A stretch of DNA of 64,000 nucleotides from Candidatus Omnitrophota bacterium (lineage in GTDB: Bacteria; Omnitrophota; Gorgyraeia; Gygaellales; Profunditerraquicolaceae): assembly GCA_041653035.1 (NCBI GenBank), contig JBAZGE010000001.1, positions 19,540 through 83,539 on the forward strand, given 5' to 3'. Below are positions 8,932-18,526 of this stretch, one piece after another. Made by a program: the position numbers and the translations under genes. The notes under the pieces were generated by a model. That model saw only the letters and a program-made list of their open reading frames with translations. It was not told where the DNA came from and searched no databases. Each line of letters begins with the position of its first letter. Position 1 is the stretch's first letter.

Positions 8932-10338
8932 TTATTTGCCTATACAAAAATCGCTGAAAATCCTATCCAGCAGGTCTTCAGAAAACCGTTTTCCCAGAAT
9001 CTCATCAAAATATCCAAGAACTTCTTTGATATCCTGCGCGATAAATTCCAGAGATATCCTTTTCTCCAATGAATGTAAAATCCCGGCGATCAAGGTATCC
9101 GCTTTCTTAACCGCGTGAATATGCCTGGCATTGCTCATCTGCATTGAGGCGCCGGGAGAAAAGCCTCCTTTGCACACGCAACCGATAACCGCCTCTTCCA
9201 ACCCGCGGATATTCTTAAGTTTTCGGGCGGAGATCTCGATCGGAGTACCGAACCGCCCGGCAATGACCGACGCTTTGATGCGCCGCGGCAGATCTGTTTT
9301 ATTCAATACGGCGATGATCTTTTTATGTTTAAGCCTGCGCATGAGCGCGGTGTCTTCGGCCGACAACTCGCGGCTCGCGTCAAAAACCAGGATCACCACG
9401 TCGGCGGAATCCATATATTTCCTTGCGCGCTGGACCGCTTTTTTTTCAACCACATCACGGGGTTTCACGATCCCGGCGGTATCCACGATTTTCACGGGGA
9501 TACCGCGCATATCGATGATCTCCTCAATGGTATCCCGTGTCGTTCCGGCAACAGGCGTTACGATCGACCGTTCCTGTTTGAGAATAACATTCAAAAGCGA
9601 CGATTTCCCGACATTAGGCTTCCCGCAGATAACCACGCTCACGCCCTCGCGGAAAATACGCGCCCGGGCGGAAGAATCCAATATCTCCCGTAACCAAACG
9701 CTTACTTCCCGCACCGTTCCGGAAATTTCTTCGCGCTGAACCGGATCGATTTCCTCTTCGGGAAAGTCGATATTCGCCTCGATCACCGCAAGGGCTTCAA
9801 CCAGACGCTTCCGTATTTTCCGCACCTCGCGGGAAAATACTCCCCGCAGCTGCTCCATGCTTATGATGAGAGCGGAATCCGTCTTGGCCTTAATAATATC
9901 CAGGACCGCTTCGGCTTGGGAAAGATCGATCCTTCCGTTTAAAAACGCCCTTCTGGTAAATTCTCCCGGCTGAGCAAGGCGGCAGCCCTTTTCCAGGATA
10001 CGTTCCAGCACCGCCCGCTGCGCAACGATCCCCCCGTGGCAATTTACCTCAACCACATCCTCGCGGGTATAGCTGCGCGGGGCGCGCATCACCGTCACCA
10101 AGACTTCATCGATAATCCCGGGGCGCGCTGAACCGCCGGCCGGGACATCCTCCTTTACAATCCAGCCGTAATGCAGGGTATACCCCGGCGACCGCGCGAG
10201 CCGTTTGCCGTTCGCGGGGACAAAAATCATCTCGGCGATTTCTATGGCCCGCGTGCCGCTCACGCGCACGATTCCGATCCCCGATTCTCCCGAAGCGGTT
10301 GCTATGGCCGCGATCGTATCCTCTTTATATAATTCCAT
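8932..10338 (-). CDS. mnmE: tRNA modification GTPase MnmE
   Basis: 468 aa. N-terminal TIAAIATA, G-domain (GKPNVGKSSLLN, DTAG), C-terminal CIGK. Confidence 0.9.
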   Translation of the reverse strand: MELYKEDTIAAIATASGESGIGIVRVSGTRAIEIAEMIFVPANGKRLARSPGYTLHYGWIVKEDVPAGGSARPGIIDEVLVTVMRAPRSYTREDVVEVNCHGGIVAQRAVLERILEKGCRLAQPGEFTRRAFLNGRIDLSQAEAVLDIIKAKTDSALIISMEQLRGVFSREVRKIRKRLVEALAVIEANIDFPEEEIDPVQREEISGTVREVSVWLREILDSSARARIFREGVSVVICGKPNVGKSSLLNVILKQERSIVTPVAGTTRDTIEEIIDMRGIPVKIVDTAGIVKPRDVVEKKAVQRARKYMDSADVVILVFDASRELSAEDTALMRRLKHKKIIAVLNKTDLPRRIKASVIAGRFGTPIEISARKLKNIRGLEEAVIGCVCKGGFSPGASMQMSNARHIHAVKKADTLIAGILHSLEKRISLEFIAQDIKEVLGYFDEILGKRFSEDLLDRIFSDFCIGK

Positions 10339-10344
10339 CGCTCA

Positions 10345-11772
10345 TTATCGAATTCTTGCGTGAAGGCCCTTCGCCAACAGCGCCCTCGCCTCGGCTACGA
10401 GAAACAACGATCCCGCCACTACTATCACCGAATCCCGGTCCGCATTGCTGCGCGCCAGTTCCAATGCCGTTCCGACATCCCGGGCAACGCTCATTCCGCG
10501 CGCTCCTGCACAGGCGCGCGCGCAGGCAGCGATATCCCCCGGCTCCGCAGCGCGGGGATTATTCGCGCGGGAAAAGATCACCACTTCACAATAAGGGATA
10601 AGTTCGGCGCAAATTCCCCGGATATCTTTGTCCAGGGAAATCCCCACGATGCAAATAATCCGTTTCCCGGGGAAATACTCCTTGAGATTCTCCCGAAGCA
10701 CTCGCGCTGAGGCAGAATTATGGGCCCCATCCAGCACGATCAAAGGCTCCCCGGAAAAAATCTGAAATCTGCCCGGCCATGCCGTTTGATACAATCCTTC
10801 TTTGATGACTTTCTTTTTTATCCGCAGGCCGTCCGTCATACCCAACAAAACAACAAGACTTACTCCCAGCGCGGCGTTAACCTGTTGATGCTTACCTAAA
10901 AGCTTTATTCTCAAATTCTTGAAATCACCCAAGATTCCGCGTATAGAAAATTCCTGATACTCCAGGCACGCATAACCGCTTTCACAGAATATGTCTTTCC
11001 CGATCTCATAAAACACCCCGCCCTGCCTCCGGCACCGGTCCCGTAAAACCTTTAAAACCTCGACATCCTGCGGAGCACTCACTACGTTCAACCGGGCGTC
11101 CGCCATACCGGCATCCCGGGGCATTTTTATAATACCCGCTTTTTCAGCCGCAATTTCCGCAGGAGTATTGCCTAATTTCTGCGTATGGTCGAGGCTTATC
11201 GAAGTAATCCCGCAGACATGAGACCGGACAACATTCGTAGCATCCAGTCTTCCTCCGAGCCCGGTTTCTAAAACCGCGAAGTCAACTTTTTTTTCTTTGA
11301 AATACTGAAATGCCAAAGCGGTATACACTTCAAAGAATGAAAGCGGGCCGTATTTCGAAACCCGGTTATACCTGTTTATTACCGGTTTAAGCCGCCCTAC
11401 CAGTTCGTCAAGTGCCCGCTTCCCGATCATCCCCTCGAGATCTATAAATCCCGAAGGTTGACGCTTCGGAGACCGTCCGCCCCTTATATGCAATATCCGA
11501 ATCCGTTCCCGGACATCCAAGAGATGCGGCGACGTATATAAACCGACTTTGTATCCGGCCGCGCGCAAGACAAAGGCAGTGAATGCCGAAACCGAACCTT
11601 TCCCTTTGGTACCCGCGATATGTATGCAACGCAGAGAATCCTGAGGATTACCTATGAGACAGAGAAAATCCCGGATGCGTTCAAGCTTAAACGAACGCTT
11701 ATAGGAATACTCGTTTTTTCTCTCGTAATTAATGAACGAATCCAGGTATTGAACGGTTTTGAGGTAGGACAT
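10345..11772 (-). CDS. folC: Folylpolyglutamate synthase / dihydrofolate synthase
   Basis: 475 aa. IHIAGTKGKGS P-loop and YTSPHL motif of the Mur ligase/FolC family. Confidence 0.85.
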   Translation of the reverse strand: MSYLKTVQYLDSFINYERKNEYSYKRSFKLERIRDFLCLIGNPQDSLRCIHIAGTKGKGSVSAFTAFVLRAAGYKVGLYTSPHLLDVRERIRILHIRGGRSPKRQPSGFIDLEGMIGKRALDELVGRLKPVINRYNRVSKYGPLSFFEVYTALAFQYFKEKKVDFAVLETGLGGRLDATNVVRSHVCGITSISLDHTQKLGNTPAEIAAEKAGIIKMPRDAGMADARLNVVSAPQDVEVLKVLRDRCRRQGGVFYEIGKDIFCESGYACLEYQEFSIRGILGDFKNLRIKLLGKHQQVNAALGVSLVVLLGMTDGLRIKKKVIKEGLYQTAWPGRFQIFSGEPLIVLDGAHNSASARVLRENLKEYFPGKRIICIVGISLDKDIRGICAELIPYCEVVIFSRANNPRAAEPGDIAACARACAGARGMSVARDVGTALELARSNADRDSVIVVAGSLFLVAEARALLAKGLHARIR

Positions 11773-13332
11773 TTAATGTCTGAAGTGACGCATGCCGGTG
11801 GTTACCATCGCGATCTTGTATTTATCACAAGCCGCGATTATTTCCGCGTCGGCAATCGAACCGCCTGGCTGGATAATGGCCGTAACCCCTGCCCGGGCAG
11901 CCTCGACGATCGCATCCGTTTTCGGGAAAAAGGCATCCGACGCCATACAACTGTTCTTGGCATATTTTCCGGCTTTTCTCCGGGCAATGATCATGGAATC
12001 GACCCGGGACATCTGGCCGGCGCCGATACCTACCGTTTTGCTCCCCTGGGCCAAAACGATAGCGTTGGATTTCACGTGTTTGGCGACCTTCCAGGCGAAC
12101 AAAAGAGTGGAATACTGGGCTTTCGTGGGTTTCTTACGGGTAACCACCGTAAGTTTATCCTTATCTAACGTCTGGATATCTTTATCCTGCAAAAGCAATC
12201 CGCCGCTTACTTTTTTATAATCATACTCCCGCACCGCTTCTCTGTCTTTCAACTCCAGTAACCGAAGGTTCTTTTTAGAGGCGAATATCCCGCGGGCCTC
12301 CCGAGAAACCCCGGGAGCGATAATGCACTCGAGAAAACCGCTGGAGGCGATAATCCCGGCGGTTTTGGCATCCAAAGGACGGTTGAGCCCCACAATCCCG
12401 CCGAATGCGGAAAGCGGGTCGCAGGCACGGGCAGACTTGAAAGCAAGAGACAAATCTTTTGCCTCGGCAGCTCCACAAGGATTATTATGTTTGACAATCA
12501 CTGCGGCCGGTCCGTTAAATTCCTTTACCAATTCCCAGACACTGTTTAAATCCAATATATTATTATAGGAAAGCTCCTTTCCCTGCAGCTGCCTGAGGTT
12601 GATCAACCCCCGGGAAAAAGATTTATCCTTATAGAAAGCCGCTCCCTGATGCGGATTTTCCCCATAGCGTAAATCCTGGATCTTGCGGAATTCCAGGCGC
12701 AGAGACTCCGGGAACCGATCTGCCGCAGGCTCGCTGTTCTCCCCCTGCCCGCTTAAATACTCATAGATCGCTTTGTCATATGCGGCGGTCAACCGGAAAA
12801 CTTCGCCGGCAAGAACAGCCGCAGTCTCTTCACTGATGCCCCCGTTATTCATGGCCAATTCCTGGTATAAACGCGCGTATTGCGCAGGGGCAGAGACAAC
12901 CACGACCGATTGATGATTCTTGGCAGCGGAACGAAGCATGGAAGGGCCTCCGATATCAATATTCTCAATAGCCTCTTCCCTGGTAACTTGCTCCCGGGCG
13001 ATCGTTTTCTGGAAAGGATATAAATTAACCACCACCATATCGATCAATCCAATACCGTATTTCTTTAAAACCGCCCGGTGTTCGGGATTCGCACGCAGGG
13101 CAAGAAGTCCGCCGTGGATTTTTGGATGCAGGGTCTTTACTCTCCCATCCAGCATTTCCGGAAACCCGGTATAGTCGGACACGTCAATAACCGGGATATT
13201 ATTCTCTCTCAGAGCTTTTGCCGTTCCTCCGGTCGAAAGGATCTCCACTCCCAGAAAGGAAAGCTGGCGGCAAAATTCCACGACCCCCGTTTTATCCGAC
13301 ACACTGACCAATGCGCGTTTGATCTGAATCAT
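11773..13332 (-). CDS. purH: Bifunctional AICAR transformylase / IMP cyclohydrolase
   Basis: 519 aa. ALVSVSDKTG, STGGTAK and DGRVKTLHPKIHGG motifs. Confidence 0.9.
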   Translation of the reverse strand: MIQIKRALVSVSDKTGVVEFCRQLSFLGVEILSTGGTAKALRENNIPVIDVSDYTGFPEMLDGRVKTLHPKIHGGLLALRANPEHRAVLKKYGIGLIDMVVVNLYPFQKTIAREQVTREEAIENIDIGGPSMLRSAAKNHQSVVVVSAPAQYARLYQELAMNNGGISEETAAVLAGEVFRLTAAYDKAIYEYLSGQGENSEPAADRFPESLRLEFRKIQDLRYGENPHQGAAFYKDKSFSRGLINLRQLQGKELSYNNILDLNSVWELVKEFNGPAAVIVKHNNPCGAAEAKDLSLAFKSARACDPLSAFGGIVGLNRPLDAKTAGIIASSGFLECIIAPGVSREARGIFASKKNLRLLELKDREAVREYDYKKVSGGLLLQDKDIQTLDKDKLTVVTRKKPTKAQYSTLLFAWKVAKHVKSNAIVLAQGSKTVGIGAGQMSRVDSMIIARRKAGKYAKNSCMASDAFFPKTDAIVEAARAGVTAIIQPGGSIADAEIIAACDKYKIAMVTTGMRHFRH

Positions 13333-13353
13333 GCTGTCCTCTCCATAATAAAT

Positions 13354-14058
13354 TCATTTATTAAACCGAAAATTAATCAAATCCCCGTCTTGAACGACAT
13401 ATTCCTTATTTTCCAGCCGCAGTTTATCATGAGCGCGCGCCTGGTTAAAATCGCCCGCACTCATAAGATCCGCGTAGCTCATTACTTCCGCCCGTATAAA
13501 CCCTTTTTGGATATCGGAATGGATACACCCGGCCGCTTCCCAAGCCGAAGCCCCTTTCCTGACCGCCCAGGAATGGGAATCTTTATCGCCCGCCGTGAAA
13601 AACGATATAAACCCGAGCCCGTAATAAGCGGAAAATAATATCTTTTCCTTATTCTCGAGGTCTTCGCTTTTGACCAGAAAAAGAGGTTTCATGGTCAACA
13701 GAGGGTATCCCTGAATGATCTTTTTTTCCGCTTCGCTCAACACCACTCCGGCGAGCAATTCTTCTTTTTCCAGCATGGGTTTAAAACGATTGAATAACTC
13801 CTTCTCCACGGGGTCTTCGGTACGCTCAAGCCTGGTCTCCACAAATTCAAGATCCCCGACAATAAGATCAAACCTGCCTTTTTCGGGACAGACGATCCCG
13901 TCCGCTTCCTTGAGTTTATCGGATTCGGTAATAATGTCCGCCTGGATAAAAACCTTCTTCGCGGATTTAAACATATCCTTTAATGTATCGATCCGTTCGT
14001 CAACAATATTCCCTTTGCCTGTCGAAAATCCTTCAATGCCGAATATACCTATCTTCAA
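13354..14058 (-). CDS. YchF-like protein retaining the C-terminal TGS/DUF933 region but lacking a canonical N-terminal P-loop G-domain
   Basis: C-terminal KEYVVQDGDLINFRFNK and AAGCIHSDIQKGFIRAEV match the YchF C-terminus. The N-terminus (IGIFGIEGFSTGKG) has no GxxxxGK[ST]. 234 aa versus about 360 for YchF. Confidence 0.5.
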   Translation of the reverse strand: MKIGIFGIEGFSTGKGNIVDERIDTLKDMFKSAKKVFIQADIITESDKLKEADGIVCPEKGRFDLIVGDLEFVETRLERTEDPVEKELFNRFKPMLEKEELLAGVVLSEAEKKIIQGYPLLTMKPLFLVKSEDLENKEKILFSAYYGLGFISFFTAGDKDSHSWAVRKGASAWEAAGCIHSDIQKGFIRAEVMSYADLMSAGDFNQARAHDKLRLENKEYVVQDGDLINFRFNK

Positions 14059-14146
14059 CTTTACCTCCGGATTTTTCTAATCGCACTCGGTTAACTATAA
14101 ATTTTTCTCGTTTAGCGCTCTCCTGTCATCTGTTATCTGTAAACTG

Positions 14147-16084
14147 TCAACTATTCTCTTCTTCCTCTTTATGATGCGCTTGATACTGACTTACAATGGT
14201 TCCGGCTATCTTGGGCGGCACCTGTTCATAATGCGAAAATTTCATGGTATAGATCCCTTTCCCCTGAGTCATGGATCGAAGGTCATTGCCGTAGGTGAAC
14301 ATCTCCGCAAGGGGAACCTGCGCTTTAACAACCTGCAGTTTACCCCTGGCTTCCATGCCTACCGGCCGGCCGCGGCGGGAATTCAAATCCCCGGATACAG
14401 CGCCCAGGTAATCTTCCGGAATAGCCACATCCACATTCATGACCGGCTCAAGCAGGACCGGGTTAGCGACCATGAATGCCTTGCGTAATCCGATCCTGGC
14501 GGCGATCTGAAACGCCATATCGGAAGAGTCAACATCGTGGTAAGAACCGTCATACACGGTAACCTGCAGATCCACTACCGGGAAACCGGCGATAATACCT
14601 TCCGCCATGGTATTCCTGACCCCTTTTTCCACCGACGGTATGAAATTTTTCGGGATAGCACCGCCAAAGACCTTATCGACGAACTCAAACCCTTTACCGG
14701 CCGTAGGGGAGACCTCAAGCCAGACATCGCCGTACTGTCCCCGTCCGCCCGATTGCCGTTTAAACTTCCCCTGGCATTTAGCGGTCCTGGTGATAGTTTC
14801 TTTATACGGTACCTTCGGTTTGCCCAGGTCAACCCCGACATTAAACCGTTTCTTAAGCCGGGCAACGATCACGTTAATATGCAGATCACCGATACCCGAA
14901 ACAACCATTTCTTTGGTTTCAGGATCCACTTTTACCTGGAACGTCGGGTCTTCCGCGGTCAGCTTATGGAGCGCCAGCGATATTTTCTCTTCATCCTGCC
15001 GGGCATGAGGTTTTATGGAAGCGGACATCATCCCCTCCGGGAACTCAAAAGGCTTAAATAAAACCGGTTTCCCCTGCTCGGTTAAAGAATCAGCGGTATG
15101 CGTCCCTTTTAATTTTGGAATGGCCACGATATCACCGCACGTTGCCGCGTCCAAACTCCTCTGCTCTTTCCCCTGCAAGAGATATATCTGCCCCATATGT
15201 TCTGTTTCTTTCCTGGTAACGTTATAAAAGACGGCGTTAGCGGCCAACTTCCCGGAAAAAACCCTGACCAGCGTCAACTGGCCCACATACGGATCAAAAA
15301 TACTCTTAAATACAAAAGCGGAAAACGGAGAGGATTCACTGAATTCAACGTTCCCTTCCGTCATTTCCAACGCCGGCCTTTCCACGGGGGAAGCGAAATA
15401 TTTCTTTATGATCTCGAGCATTTCATCCAACCCTTTATCGTTCAAAGCCGAACCGTACACAATGGGGAATATCTTGGCGGTAAGGATCGCTTTATGTAAT
15501 CCCGCTTTCACCTCGGCTTCCGAAAGCTTCCCCTCGCTTAAAAACTTTTCCAGCAGCGCGTCATCGGTCTCGGCCACCAACTCCATGAGATCATCTTCAT
15601 GGGCTTTATCCAACGGGATCGCTTTTTTAGAAAGAACCTCCCTGATTTCGCCGGTCACCTTCTCCAGATTCACATCTTCTTTGTCTGTTTTATTCACAAA
15701 GATAAGACGGGGGAGCTTTTCTTTCTCCAGCATTTCCCAGCCTCGCTCCGTGCCTACTTCTACCCCGGATGACGCATCCACCACTACGATCCCGTTATCC
15801 ACGGCCCGAATAGCGGATATGTTCTCCCCCACAAAATCAAGGTACCCGGGGGTATCAATAATCTGAATACGCAGGTCCTGCCACTCACAATGCATGAAAC
15901 TGGCATTAATCGAACTTTTGCGTTCGATCTCATCCCAATTATAGTCGCTAACCGTATTCCCCTCGGCAAGGGTTCCTTTGCGATTCGTAGTTCCGCAGTG
16001 AAAAAGCAGGCTTTCTGATAAGGTCGTTTTTCCGGCATGAGCATGTCCCAAGAGTATTACGCTTCTTTTGTTTTGAACATCCAT
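14147..16084 (-). CDS. Elongation factor G-like translational GTPase (EF-G paralog, 645 aa)
   Basis: GHAHAGKTT P-loop, DTPG and NKTD G-motifs, and EF-G domains II-V. Shorter than canonical EF-G. Confidence 0.8.
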   Translation of the reverse strand: MDVQNKRSVILLGHAHAGKTTLSESLLFHCGTTNRKGTLAEGNTVSDYNWDEIERKSSINASFMHCEWQDLRIQIIDTPGYLDFVGENISAIRAVDNGIVVVDASSGVEVGTERGWEMLEKEKLPRLIFVNKTDKEDVNLEKVTGEIREVLSKKAIPLDKAHEDDLMELVAETDDALLEKFLSEGKLSEAEVKAGLHKAILTAKIFPIVYGSALNDKGLDEMLEIIKKYFASPVERPALEMTEGNVEFSESSPFSAFVFKSIFDPYVGQLTLVRVFSGKLAANAVFYNVTRKETEHMGQIYLLQGKEQRSLDAATCGDIVAIPKLKGTHTADSLTEQGKPVLFKPFEFPEGMMSASIKPHARQDEEKISLALHKLTAEDPTFQVKVDPETKEMVVSGIGDLHINVIVARLKKRFNVGVDLGKPKVPYKETITRTAKCQGKFKRQSGGRGQYGDVWLEVSPTAGKGFEFVDKVFGGAIPKNFIPSVEKGVRNTMAEGIIAGFPVVDLQVTVYDGSYHDVDSSDMAFQIAARIGLRKAFMVANPVLLEPVMNVDVAIPEDYLGAVSGDLNSRRGRPVGMEARGKLQVVKAQVPLAEMFTYGNDLRSMTQGKGIYTMKFSHYEQVPPKIAGTIVSQYQAHHKEEEENS

Positions 16085-16240
16085 AAGCGAACTCCTTCCA
16101 TTTTTATACTTTCATAGCACTCCCACTCCCAAAAAACGCTGAAAGAAAAACAGATTTGCAGGGCATCCGGAAATAATGGACTATTCTTTTTAGAACATAT
16201 AATTATATAATGCAGGAATTTATGGGTCAAGACAAAAAAA

Positions 16241-16288
16241 GGGGACGGTTCTATTTTTTTATTTTTTAAAAAAAATAGAACCGTCCCC
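16241..16288. terminator. Bidirectional Rho-independent terminator
   Basis: Perfect 20-bp inverted repeat GGGGACGGTTCTATTTTTTT / AAAAAAAATAGAACCGTCCCC flanked by an A-run on the left and a T-run on the right. Sits between kamA-like (minus, upstream) and EF-G-like genes. Confidence 0.6.
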
Positions 16289-16302
16289 TTTTTTTTTATG
16301 AA

Positions 16303-16330
16303 GTAGGGGCACGGCATGCCGTGCCCCTAC
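16303..16330. repeat. 28-nt perfect palindrome GTAGGGGCACGGCATGCCGTGCCCCTAC (copy 1 of 2)
   Basis: Self-complementary. Lies 11 nt downstream of the kamA-like stop. A near-identical copy is at 60364..60395. Confidence 0.6.
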
Positions 16331-16340
16331 GATTAATGCA

Positions 16341-17525
16341 TCATTCGAAGTAGGTATAAATCTTATTCTTGTAATTCCTCAATACGTACTTACCTTTTGC
16401 CTGAGAAATGATATATCCGGGACCTATGGGGATCTTTCCGCCGCCGCCGGGTGCGTCTATAACAAAGGTGGGAACGGCATAACCGGTAGTATGCCCCCTC
16501 AACTTTTCTATGATATTGATGCCTTCGCTTACCGACGTTCTGAAATGCTGCGTCCCGCGGACCAAGTCGCATTGGTAAATATAATACGGCCTGACCCTGA
16601 TTTTGAGCAGTTCCTGCATAAGCTTGCGCATGATGTACGGCCGTTCATTGACACCTTTTAAAAGCACGGTCTGGCTGCCCAAAGGGAAACCGGAATCAGC
16701 CAGCATTTCACAGGCAACCCTGGTCCTGCGGGTTATTTCCTTGGGATGGTTAAAATGGATGCTTATCCATACCGGGCCGAATTGCTTAAGAGAAGCGATA
16801 AGCTTTTCAGTAATACGCTGCGGAAGCGTGACCGGAACCCTGGTCCCGATACGCACGAACTCTATGTGCGGAATGCTGCGCACCTTCTTCAACAGATCCA
16901 ACAAAACATCATCCTCCAAGGTCAGCGGATCTCCTCCGGAAATCAGCACATCCCGAATCTTCTTGTTTGACCGTATATACTCAATAGCCGCATCCCAGCG
17001 GGTTGTCGAATTATCCATCTGCGCTTCAGCGCCCACCAGCCTTCTTCTCGTACAATGCCGGCAATACATCGCGCAATGCTCGGTACCCAGTAGCAGCACG
17101 CGATCCGGGTACCGGTGCACTAAATAAGGCGCGGGAGAATCGGTGTCTTCACCGCACGGGTCAACCATTTCATACGGGCCGACTTTGAACTCATTGGCAG
17201 TCGGGACAGCCTGCCGCCTGATAGGGCACGCGGGATCATCGGCATCGATAAGCGTTGCCCAGTAAGGAGTAATAGCCATGGCCATCCGCCCTTTGGCGTT
17301 TTTTATGCCCTCTTCCTCTTCCGGGGTTAATTTTATCACCTGGCTTATCTGCTCCAGCTTGGTAATCCGGTTTTTCATCTGCCAATGCCAATCTTCCCAG
17401 TCAAGAGGATTAACATCTTTATACAGGCTTATTTGCTGGTAATCACGCCCTCTTCTGGTTAATCGCGTCGCTATGATATTTTCAGCAATCATCTTCTGAT
17501 TCTCTGTCGCCGCCGTATTACCCAT
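16341..17525 (-). CDS. kamA: Lysine 2,3-aminomutase (KamA-type radical SAM aminomutase)
   Basis: 394 aa, high similarity along the length to Clostridium KamA: CAMYCRHC radical-SAM cluster motif, PYYIYQCDL and DAPGGGGK regions retaining both Asp residues used for lysine epsilon-amino binding. Full-length KamA type, not the short EpmB type. Confidence 0.85.
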   Translation of the reverse strand: MGNTAATENQKMIAENIIATRLTRRGRDYQQISLYKDVNPLDWEDWHWQMKNRITKLEQISQVIKLTPEEEEGIKNAKGRMAMAITPYWATLIDADDPACPIRRQAVPTANEFKVGPYEMVDPCGEDTDSPAPYLVHRYPDRVLLLGTEHCAMYCRHCTRRRLVGAEAQMDNSTTRWDAAIEYIRSNKKIRDVLISGGDPLTLEDDVLLDLLKKVRSIPHIEFVRIGTRVPVTLPQRITEKLIASLKQFGPVWISIHFNHPKEITRRTRVACEMLADSGFPLGSQTVLLKGVNERPYIMRKLMQELLKIRVRPYYIYQCDLVRGTQHFRTSVSEGINIIEKLRGHTTGYAVPTFVIDAPGGGGKIPIGPGYIISQAKGKYVLRNYKNKIYTYFE

Positions 17526-18525
17526 TATTTATCTTCCTCCTTTTAAAGGCGTTCATCAATACAGAATCAATGATTTCATCGTATTTCATCCCGGCCGCAT
17601 ATGCCATGATCGGAAAATTTGAAGTTCTCGGGTTCAGGCCCGGCAGGGGGTTTATCTCCAGCACATAGGGAATATTATCCTTGTTCAAACGGATATCGGT
17701 CCGCGATATATCACAACATCCTATGGCGCGGTGGGTCCTGAATGCAGTTTCTTTTACCAATTTTTCCGTTTTGGCATCCAAGCGCGCAGGGCAATAAAAA
17801 GTCGGCGTCAAACCCAGTTCCTCATTACCCTGGAATTCCTTCATTCGCCATGAATAAAAATACTCTCCGCTTTTTGCGCACGAAGAAAAATCTATTTCTA
17901 AAATGGGGAGTACCCGGACGGTACCATTCTCCAATATCCCCACGGTCAGTTCCTTGCCTTCGATGAACTCCTCGGCTATGACTTCCTGCCGGTAATGCTT
18001 CAACATCTCCCGCACCCGCGCATACAAACCGTCCTTTGTTTTAACCACATTCGCGGTACTCACGCCCTTAGCCGACCCCTCGCAGTTCGGTTTGATAATG
18101 AGCGGGAATACCAGCTCCGAATCAAGTTGTTCGTCTCCTTTTGAAAAAAGCTGGAACGCCGGAGTCGGTATATTATCGGCTTTCAGAATTTTTTTGGTAA
18201 ACGCTTTATTAAGCGCCACTGCCAGGGAAAAGGTGTCGGAACCGGTGTAGGGAATGTTTAAAAAATCCAGTATGGCGGGGATATGCGACTCGCGGAACTT
18301 CCCGTTAGTGCCTTCCGCGATATTAAAAACCATGTCTGTGCGGTTATTCTTAAAATGAGAAAATAAATCCGGGCGCTCGGCATCAATAAAATCAACGCTG
18401 TGCCCGCGGGATTTCAAGGCATTGGTAATGGCATTAACGGTTTCCGGAGAGTCAAATTCGGAAAAATAATCGGGAGGCTTTGAATCGTCTTCTTTCTTAA
18501 GATTACAGGTGAGGGCTATCTTCAT
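17518..18525 (-). CDS. ATP-grasp ligase of the D-alanine--D-alanine ligase family (paralog A)
   Basis: 335 aa. Ddl-like architecture: N-domain, central PLIIKPNCEGSAKGVS, EEFIEGKELTVGIL, C-terminal DIRLNKDNIPYVLEINPLPGL. Overlaps the kamA start by 8 nt. Confidence 0.7.
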   Translation of the reverse strand: MKIALTCNLKKEDDSKPPDYFSEFDSPETVNAITNALKSRGHSVDFIDAERPDLFSHFKNNRTDMVFNIAEGTNGKFRESHIPAILDFLNIPYTGSDTFSLAVALNKAFTKKILKADNIPTPAFQLFSKGDEQLDSELVFPLIIKPNCEGSAKGVSTANVVKTKDGLYARVREMLKHYRQEVIAEEFIEGKELTVGILENGTVRVLPILEIDFSSCAKSGEYFYSWRMKEFQGNEELGLTPTFYCPARLDAKTEKLVKETAFRTHRAIGCCDISRTDIRLNKDNIPYVLEINPLPGLNPRTSNFPIMAYAAGMKYDEIIDSVLMNAFKRRKINNG

Positions 18526-18526
18526 T

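Noticed and set aside
14100-14146. Direct CTGT(C/T)A repeats upstream of the EF-G-like gene stop
   Set aside because: They are short and irregular with no symmetry, so they are probably an AT-rich spacer rather than a defined element.
16057-16317. 86-aa minus-strand ORF overlapping the bidirectional terminator and the palindrome
   Set aside because: Its sequence is dominated by the A/T runs and the palindrome. It overlaps the EF-G-like gene start and has no coding signal.
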